From assembly GCA_019058015.1 (NCBI GenBank), contig JAHLWH010000115.1:1-13957 (forward strand): a DNA stretch of 13,957 nt, read 5' to 3'. The stretch comes from Promethearchaeota archaeon. Its GTDB lineage: Archaea; Asgardarchaeota; Lokiarchaeia; Sigyniarchaeales; SOKP01. This document shows positions 7,625 to 13,957 of this stretch, piece after piece. Each line of letters starts with the position of its first letter. Positions within the stretch are counted from its first letter, which is position 1. The notes beneath the pieces were generated by a model. That model made no database searches. It saw only the letters and a list, made by a program, of their open reading frames with translations, and had not been told where the DNA came from. The position numbers and the translations under genes are program-made.

Positions 7625-8884
7625 ATGGTCGAAAAGAAATTAAATGATTACATGCATGGATTCATTGTAGATATTTGTAATAAAATCGGACCACGGGAGG
7701 CTGGTTCTAAACAAGAAGAGCTTGCAGGCAATAAAATTGAAGAGGAATTGAAAAAATTTTGTGATGAAACGCATCAAGAAGCGTTTATATGCAGTCCAAC
7801 AGCTTTTTTGGGTTTTATCAGATATGGAGCTTTAATGGCGTTAATTTCAGTCATATTTTATTGGCTCTCCCTTTTAGTTGATCTTGGATGGCTCCAAATA
7901 GATAATATCTTTAGTTTAATTTTCCTAGTTATTGCAGTAATATTACTTGGAATTACGGTTCCATACTTTATCTTCGAAATAATAAGATACTTTGAATTTT
8001 ACGATTTCATGTTCCCAAAAAAAAAATCGAAAAATGTCATTGGAACGATAAATCCAACAGATAAAGTTAAAAATTCAATAATCTTTTCTGGACATCATGA
8101 TTCTGCTTATGAATTTAATCTATTCTATTATTTAAAAAGAATAGGGCAATTGATGATCAATATCGGATTACTTGAAGTGTTTTTGCTCTTTTTTTTGGTT
8201 GTTTTGAAATTAATTTTTTATTTCTTACCTATAGATATAACGATGATCTTTCTTGGGTTCGGCATAGCCTTTTTAACTCTATTACCCGTCGCAGTTCTTT
8301 TTATGTTTTTTCATAGCTATAATCCAGTCTTGGGAGCATTTGATAATTTATCAGGAGTAGTGATTTTACTTGGGATTGGTAAATACTTATATGAAAATAA
8401 AAATAATGAGAAAATCTTTCCAAAACACACAAAGATCCATTTAGTATCCTTTGCTGCAGAAGAAGCGGGACTAAGAGGCTCAAAACGTTATGTAAAAGCG
8501 CATTATAATGAATTGAAAGAAAATGGCACAATAATTGTCAATATGGATGGAATTGCTAAAACTGATAAATTATTGATAATTAGTAAAGAACCATTTATTG
8601 GTGCTAAATATAATCCAGAAATTTATAACCCAATATTAAAAATAGCGAGCGATTTAAAATTTAATATTAAAACTGGTCCTCTCTCTTTTGGTGCAACTGA
8701 TGGAGCTGCTTTTGTTCGTAAAGGGTTACCTGCTGTGACAATATCTGGACTTGATCTTAAAGAAGAACTCCTACCCTTTTATCATACTAGAGAAGATACG
8801 CCAGAAGTTGTTGATAAAGAATCTTTGGGACAAGTATTAGATATCTGCTTAAACTATATAAAATTGATAGATTCATCTAATTAA
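7625..8884 (+). CDS. Membrane-embedded M28-family zinc peptidase
   Basis: Metal and catalytic motifs SGHHDS, GAFDNLSG, AAEEAGLRGS, NMDG, ATDG and YHTREDT, with about four hydrophobic TM helices inserted in two pairs. Confidence 0.88.
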   Translation: MVEKKLNDYMHGFIVDICNKIGPREAGSKQEELAGNKIEEELKKFCDETHQEAFICSPTAFLGFIRYGALMALISVIFYWLSLLVDLGWLQIDNIFSLIFLVIAVILLGITVPYFIFEIIRYFEFYDFMFPKKKSKNVIGTINPTDKVKNSIIFSGHHDSAYEFNLFYYLKRIGQLMINIGLLEVFLLFFLVVLKLIFYFLPIDITMIFLGFGIAFLTLLPVAVLFMFFHSYNPVLGAFDNLSGVVILLGIGKYLYENKNNEKIFPKHTKIHLVSFAAEEAGLRGSKRYVKAHYNELKENGTIIVNMDGIAKTDKLLIISKEPFIGAKYNPEIYNPILKIASDLKFNIKTGPLSFGATDGAAFVRKGLPAVTISGLDLKEELLPFYHTREDTPEVVDKESLGQVLDICLNYIKLIDSSN

Positions 8885-9116
8885 TTTCTAACTTTTTTTC
8901 TTTATTACCGGGACTTGTAAATTTGATTAGTAGATTATTTGAAAAGATGCTTAATTTGCTCAATTATTTCTAAAATACATTAAGAATCTTTAAATTAATA
9001 AAATTTTAACCTAAGAATAATAAAAAAATAAAATAAATGAAAATTCAAAAAGAATTATTGTTCTTCTGTTAATGTATCAATTTCCAGACATTAAAGACTG
9101 TAGGGCAAACGACATT

Positions 9117-9341
9117 AGCTTTCGCAGTAATTTTAAGAACTCGAGGAAAATTATCCCTTTTTGAAGCCAGAGAATAATATCTTATAACTTGCAGAGGATT
9201 GGGAATATCCTTAAATATATTTTATCGGTCGTGAAAGATTTTAGACTCTTTTCTATACATTGGACCTACTTTAGCTTGGCTCACGTATTCGATATTTTTA
9301 TCTTCACCGAAAGCTTCCACTATTGCTTGATGTCCTAAATA
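9117..9341 (-). pseudogene. trpG: Degenerate internal fragment of a TrpG/PabA-type class I glutamine amidotransferase
   Basis: One frame reads YLGHQAIVEAFG...GPMYRKESKIFHDR*NIFKDIPNPLQVIRYYSL...FPRVLKITAKA, matching the family pattern CLGHQAI..AFG, PMHGK.S.I.HD, IF..LPNP....RYHSL, L.ITA. It has an internal TAA at 9222-9224, a catalytic Cys to Tyr change, and both ends are missing. Confidence 0.8.
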
Positions 9342-9345
9342 AATA

Positions 9346-10713
9346 TTAATTGTTTTCATAAGCATAAAGTAGTATGAGGCATGTACCAAATTGATGCAAT
9401 TCAAAAATTCTTTTATATTTTGCAATATCACTTAAGTAAGATATTGTTATGGGAATCCCAGTCCTAACTGATCTTTGATTTAAGATTATATTTAATTCAT
9501 GATGTAAACTATTGCGTGTTTGTATTATAATCATACTCGATTGAAAGATTTTAAGTTTTTCATTAGAAGATATATCGATGAAGTTTGAATCAGTTGGTTC
9601 TGTTATGGTCATATTCAATATATAATTATTAAACTCCTGATAAAAATCTGGATCATCTTTATTATGTGCTATCATAAATGAATCATAAGAGGTTATTTTC
9701 TGTCTATTATTTGATAATTTTAATGGAAATGTAAAAGCATTATCCGTAAATAAATCCACTAAACTAAATAATAACTTTGTTGGAGGTTGTTGAAGTACTT
9801 TTCTTAGAAGGGTCTCTATAAATGCTGTAAAGAAGTTTAGCAACTCCAACCTTAATACACTAGAAAAAACATCCACATAACCCAGCTCTTCGTATAAATA
9901 TTTTTTCATAAATTTATATTTAATCGTTAGATATGTTAAAGCATAATCTGGAAAGTCCCTCATATTATTTTTTAAATAATCAATCAACTCCTTAAAGGTA
10001 GGGATTTTTTTATTAATATTTAAAAGGTTAACAATATCACTATTGATTAATAAATTATATTGTTCTTCAAAAAAGGAAATTTGTTCTCCTTCCACAATAT
10101 TTAGCAAATTATCAGCAGGAGTATTAGAAATCCCCGTTAATCGATCTTCTATAAGAGTAGAGCCGATTTGACCAAACATTCTCATAACTCTATCAGAATT
10201 ATAATAAATTAATGATAACATGTGATGGGGTACACCTTTATGAACACGAATACCTGTTATCTTTTCAATTTTCAATAAACATGATAGATAGAGAGTATAT
10301 AATGTTTCTGCATATAAGTAATAAAAACCTCCACTTCGATAAAACTCCAAACCAAAAGAAGAAAATACTAAATCTAAAGTATTAATAATTATATCAAATT
10401 TTTCATCTCTTTGATTATTTAATTTAGTTCCAATTTTTCGAAATAAGAAAATTATATTGTTTGTGAAATTCTCAAAAGATAATAACAATCTATGAAAATC
10501 TTGATTTGTGAATGTATCCTTTTGTATTTTCTCATTTAACTGAGGAAAAATTTTATGAAAAACTAAATTTGGAATAATAAGAATATCTCCAAAATCATTT
10601 TGGAATTCGATATTCAAAAATATTGAAATTATATTACCATCAGACTGATTTTTGATAGTCCCTTCATTAATAATTATATTTTCCCATGGATCTTCTCTTA
10701 CTGGAGTGGTCAT
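9346..10713 (-). CDS. Hypothetical protein with putative C-terminal HEPN (RxxxxH) RNase domain
   Basis: 455 aa intact ORF with RNSLHH (9499-9516) and an upstream helix FTAFIETLLRK carrying the typical HEPN Glu. The domain call is by motif only. Confidence 0.6.
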   Translation of the reverse strand: MTTPVREDPWENIIINEGTIKNQSDGNIISIFLNIEFQNDFGDILIIPNLVFHKIFPQLNEKIQKDTFTNQDFHRLLLSFENFTNNIIFLFRKIGTKLNNQRDEKFDIIINTLDLVFSSFGLEFYRSGGFYYLYAETLYTLYLSCLLKIEKITGIRVHKGVPHHMLSLIYYNSDRVMRMFGQIGSTLIEDRLTGISNTPADNLLNIVEGEQISFFEEQYNLLINSDIVNLLNINKKIPTFKELIDYLKNNMRDFPDYALTYLTIKYKFMKKYLYEELGYVDVFSSVLRLELLNFFTAFIETLLRKVLQQPPTKLLFSLVDLFTDNAFTFPLKLSNNRQKITSYDSFMIAHNKDDPDFYQEFNNYILNMTITEPTDSNFIDISSNEKLKIFQSSMIIIQTRNSLHHELNIILNQRSVRTGIPITISYLSDIAKYKRIFELHQFGTCLILLYAYENN

Positions 10714-10903
10714 ATTAATTCAACTACTTATCAAATTATGAATGGATTATAATAAATTATGCTATTAAGAAATTTAATTTTAATTTTTCTTTAAATTATA
10801 TTAAATTGTTATGTTGAGCATTCGATATTTAGTTAATAGGGCAATTAGCAAATGATAAATTTATATTTATATGTAGTAATTATATGTATTGAGGGTGGTC
10901 AAA

Positions 10904-11617
10904 ATGAAAAAAGACTTAGAAAACAAAATTAAAGAAGAAATTACTGAAATTAATAAACTCTTAGCAAATGTTATAAATGTCAAAATAATTAGTGACGAGG
11001 ACATTCCATTCAAAAAAATAGTTGAGAAAATTGAAAAGCCTCATCCATATATTTTTTACGTGCTTTTTAAAAGTTTGAATTATATTATCCATGGAAAGAA
11101 TTTATTTCAAAAATCACTTTGGCATGTTATTTTGGAATACAAATCTCATTTTTTTATTATTAATGAATATTTTTTCACTATTCAAATGTATGCTGATGAA
11201 ATATCATCAGATACAGAAGAGATCGCTCAAGATTTAATTGATAAATTAATTGATTGTTGCGATCTTTTAGATAATCTATTCCAAAATCATTTTAAAGAAG
11301 ATATTAAATCTAAAAAGTGTTATGTCAACAATATTTATTGGAATGTTAAAAGAATTTATGAATTTTTTAGAGATATGCTAAAAGAAGAAAAAAAATATGA
11401 TTCTATTATCGAAGTACTTAAGGAAATGAAAAGCAATGAGGGCTTTATATTTAGTCTCATACTTTCCTTCTTTTCTACTTGTGAATTTATATTGGATATT
11501 TTCTATATATTTGACAATCCAAAAGGGGCTTTCTTTAAATTTCAAAAGAAAAATTGGTACAATAAATTTGAAGATGTTTTTGGTCCATATAATCTTCCCG
11601 AAATTGAAAAAATTTGA
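10904..11617 (+). CDS. Hypothetical protein, possibly C-terminally truncated
   Basis: SD-like GAGGGTGG at 10891-10898 precedes ATG 10904; 237 aa. No family recognised. Confidence 0.6.
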   Translation: MKKDLENKIKEEITEINKLLANVINVKIISDEDIPFKKIVEKIEKPHPYIFYVLFKSLNYIIHGKNLFQKSLWHVILEYKSHFFIINEYFFTIQMYADEISSDTEEIAQDLIDKLIDCCDLLDNLFQNHFKEDIKSKKCYVNNIYWNVKRIYEFFRDMLKEEKKYDSIIEVLKEMKSNEGFIFSLILSFFSTCEFILDIFYIFDNPKGAFFKFQKKNWYNKFEDVFGPYNLPEIEKI

Positions 11618-12015
11618 GAAATAATTATTATGTTTTTTAATAATAGAAGATTTTACAATATTTAGTTAAAGTTCTACATTTCTAAAAAAATACTACTTTT
11701 TATATACTAGTTGATTAATAATTTATTAATTAATTATTAATATTTTAATTGAGTTTTACAATTATTAAAAAAACAAGACATGAGGAATAGTCTATTAATA
11801 GGAATAGTTATTAATTACCTATAATTTTTTACTAATAATAATCTTAATCTAAATTGTTTTCAAGACCATTATAATGGACTATCAATACAATGCAGATTTT
11901 GTCTGCAAATAATAATTTCTAATCCCATCTTATTACCATAATATTTAAATATATGTCTTTACTTAATATACATAAAAATAATATAATTAAAAAGGTGTAA
12001 AAAATCCCAAAAAAA

Positions 12016-12840
12016 TTGGATTATCCTGTCGATGGTCTTGATCTAAAAAAAGCAAAAGATTTAGTTAAAACTTTATTTAATGAACTAGGGGAATCGGCTT
12101 CGAAGAAGCTTTTTGCTGAAACTATACAAATGACTGCTAGTGGTGGATCTTTTAGAGGTAAATTAAGTTCATTAATGAAATTTGGTTTAATTAAATATGA
12201 TGAAAATGACAATATATTATTAACAGATCTAGGTAAAAAGATTGTAAATGCGTATACTACTGAAATTGAGAAAAAATTTCTTTTTAAAGCCTTTATAAAT
12301 GTGCCAGAATTTAGAGCGATTATTGAAAAATTTAAGGATAGACATTTAAACTTAAAAATTTTAGATAAGATTTTGATCCTAGAGTATAATGTGGAAAAAA
12401 AACATGTAATTCGAGTAAAAAAAAGTATCATTAATTCATTGGATTATATAGGAGTATTGAATAAGGAAACTGGTGATTTAGATCTTACTTCAGTTATAGA
12501 CATCCCTAAAGAAAATATTAAAGATTTAAAAGATGAAGTAGAAACTGTTGTACTTAAGGAAAAAGAGCAAAGAGTATTTAACTTAAAACATGAATCTATT
12601 AAATCTTTAATAAACTTAAATAGTGAACTCTTTGATTTATTTATTACTTTTGCTAGTCATTTAAGCCCTATGGATATTTCTATTGATGATGTAAGAGATA
12701 TTATTCAGAGAAACCCTAATTTTACCCATACAAAATTAGCTATCGAATTTTTAAAAGATGTTATTGAAGAAGGGAATCAAATCTCTCAGGATAAACTCGA
12801 AAAATTGATAGAGGCCCTTAAACTCGATTTGAATATATAA
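12016..12840 (+). CDS. Hypothetical protein with N-terminal winged-helix-like domain
   Basis: FAETIQMTASGGSFRGKLSSLMKFGLIKY...ILLTDLGKKI fits a wHTH recognition helix plus wing pattern. The start could be ATC 12004. Confidence 0.65.
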   Translation: MDYPVDGLDLKKAKDLVKTLFNELGESASKKLFAETIQMTASGGSFRGKLSSLMKFGLIKYDENDNILLTDLGKKIVNAYTTEIEKKFLFKAFINVPEFRAIIEKFKDRHLNLKILDKILILEYNVEKKHVIRVKKSIINSLDYIGVLNKETGDLDLTSVIDIPKENIKDLKDEVETVVLKEKEQRVFNLKHESIKSLINLNSELFDLFITFASHLSPMDISIDDVRDIIQRNPNFTHTKLAIEFLKDVIEEGNQISQDKLEKLIEALKLDLNI

Positions 12841-12865
12841 GAATACCCTATAAAGAGAGAAAATA

Positions 12866-13051
12866 ATGAAAAAAAAGGTTTATGAATTACTAATAAGGGA
12901 AACAAATAATCCAAGACTATTAAAAAATATTTTGGAAAAATTTGTTGAAATGCTGAGTGAGTTCAGTTCTGTAGAGTTAGTGGTGAAAGAAGTCAAAAAA
13001 TTCAAAAATAAGAATTTAATTGAATTGAGAGGGTTAGACCCTTGGTTATAA
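12866..13051 (+). CDS. Small hypothetical protein or 5' fragment of a decayed gene
   Basis: ATG 25 nt after the previous stop, with a purine-rich leader. 61 aa of protein-like sequence; no family recognised. Confidence 0.4.
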   Translation: MKKKVYELLIRETNNPRLLKNILEKFVEMLSEFSSVELVVKEVKKFKNKNLIELRGLDPWL

Positions 13052-13462
13052 TTAAATATTACTATTTAATAGTACTTAAATACATAAATAACGCATCTAA
13101 CTCGAATCGAGATAAGCCAAGACAGAGATATTGATCTTGTACAGAAAATAAAATTAAAAAGCGGTATATTAGGGAAAATAATAATTAAATGGATAAAAGT
13201 GTAATCTAATCAGACCACCTCACCCAAATATTGTTTTTATTTAAATATATATTTTTCTCCTATTTTATTGAAGAATGAGGAGCTAGAGATAATAGTAAGT
13301 AAAACTATATAATGAAAAAATCTTGATTTAATTGAGATAAAGAATAAAAGTATTCAATTTGGAGAGACTGAATAGGATTAATACTTTCTTTTATTTATTA
13401 CATATTAAAATCTATCAGATTCATATGTAAAAATTATTAAAAAAAATATTTATGTTTATAGA

Positions 13463-13708
13463 TTGGCTTTAGGTTCAAGTTTATTCAATCAAATGCTAAC
13501 CAACTGTAAAAATAGTATATCTAGAAAAAGATTTAATTATGTTAAGCCTAGACAAATCAAGGAGGATTACATTATAAAAGAAGAGTTGCAGAATCTTGTG
13601 TGGAAAATGCCACTAAACAATGTTGCAGAAAAACTTAGTACTACTACTGGCTATATCAAGAAATGGTGTGTTGAATGGGGGATAAATAGACCAGATTCCT
13701 CTTACTGA
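13463..13708 (+). pseudogene. Remnant of an HTH protein of the 'EELxxLVW..P...A......I.K.C....I.RP..GYW' type
   Basis: KEELQNLVWKMPLNNVAEKLSTTTGYIKKWCVEWGINRPDSSY then TGA where Trp (TGG) is expected. No convincing start. Confidence 0.5.
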
Positions 13709-13777
13709 CCAAGTCAAACGGCAGTCGTAAACCATCCTAATAAATATCTCTTTTTGGAAAATGATATTTCTTAATTT

Positions 13778-13957
13778 TTATGTGCCGTCTTTATAACCAT
13801 GAATATAGTTATATTGTTCTTCAGTTAATTTATCAATTTTAATTCCCATAGATTGCAATTTAAGATTACCGATTTGAGCGTCATTATCCTCTGGGTTCGT
13901 TATCATTCCTGGCTTTAAATCTTGCTTCTTTTTCACTATATACTCTGAAACTAATGC
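13778..13957 (-). CDS. ahcY: Adenosylhomocysteinase, C-terminal 59 aa (gene extends beyond the window)
   Basis: Translation ALVSEYIVKKKQDLKPGMITNPEDNDAQIGNLKLQSMGIKIDKLTEEQYNYIHGYKDGT* matches the AhcY C-terminal signature LKL..MGI.ID.LT.EQ..Y.....GT. Not in the supplied ORF track. Confidence 0.88.
   Translation of the reverse strand, partial: ALVSEYIVKKKQDLKPGMITNPEDNDAQIGNLKLQSMGIKIDKLTEEQYNYIHGYKDGT

Noticed and set aside
9099-9130. REP-like or IS end sequence (TGTAGGGCAAAC) near the end of trpG similarity
   Set aside because: No complementary arm, second copy or transposase in the window.
9222-9431. 69-aa ORF as a real gene
   Set aside because: It is a chimera of an off-frame tail of the 455-aa gene and the trpG pseudogene fragment.
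11615-11665. Selenocysteine or read-through at the TGA of the 237-aa ORF
   Set aside because: The downstream sequence is low-complexity AT-rich DNA, stops again after 15 codons, and shows no redox motif or SECIS.
1-13957. tRNA or rRNA genes
   Set aside because: No GC-rich cloverleaf or rRNA-like segment seen by eye. A tRNAscan-SE/Infernal run would be needed to exclude them fully.

Overview
AT-rich archaeal chromosomal segment. Gene content and an SDS22-type LRR protein suggest an Asgard (Lokiarchaeia-like) archaeon; this taxonomy is inference. Left half: a hypothetical gene and an LRR gene, then a core translation/targeting cluster (rpl18a/LX, prefoldin alpha, ftsY, secE), an OsmC-family gene, archaeal dnaG on the minus strand, a Get3/ArsA-type ATPase and a membrane M28 peptidase. 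Right half (~9.0-13.75 kb): a decaying accessory island with a trpG/pabA remnant, a putative HEPN RNase, a winged-helix protein and fragments, ending at the 3' end of ahcY. Main finding: dnaG is split inside its conserved VGAIFGQ|TEGLL motif by a 32-nt insertion (5802-5833). The insertion folds into a bulge-helix-bulge-type splicing motif whose predicted endonuclease cuts restore the reading frame exactly, so it is a probable tRNA-endonuclease-spliced mRNA intron. dnaG exon 1 also has no canonical start codon.
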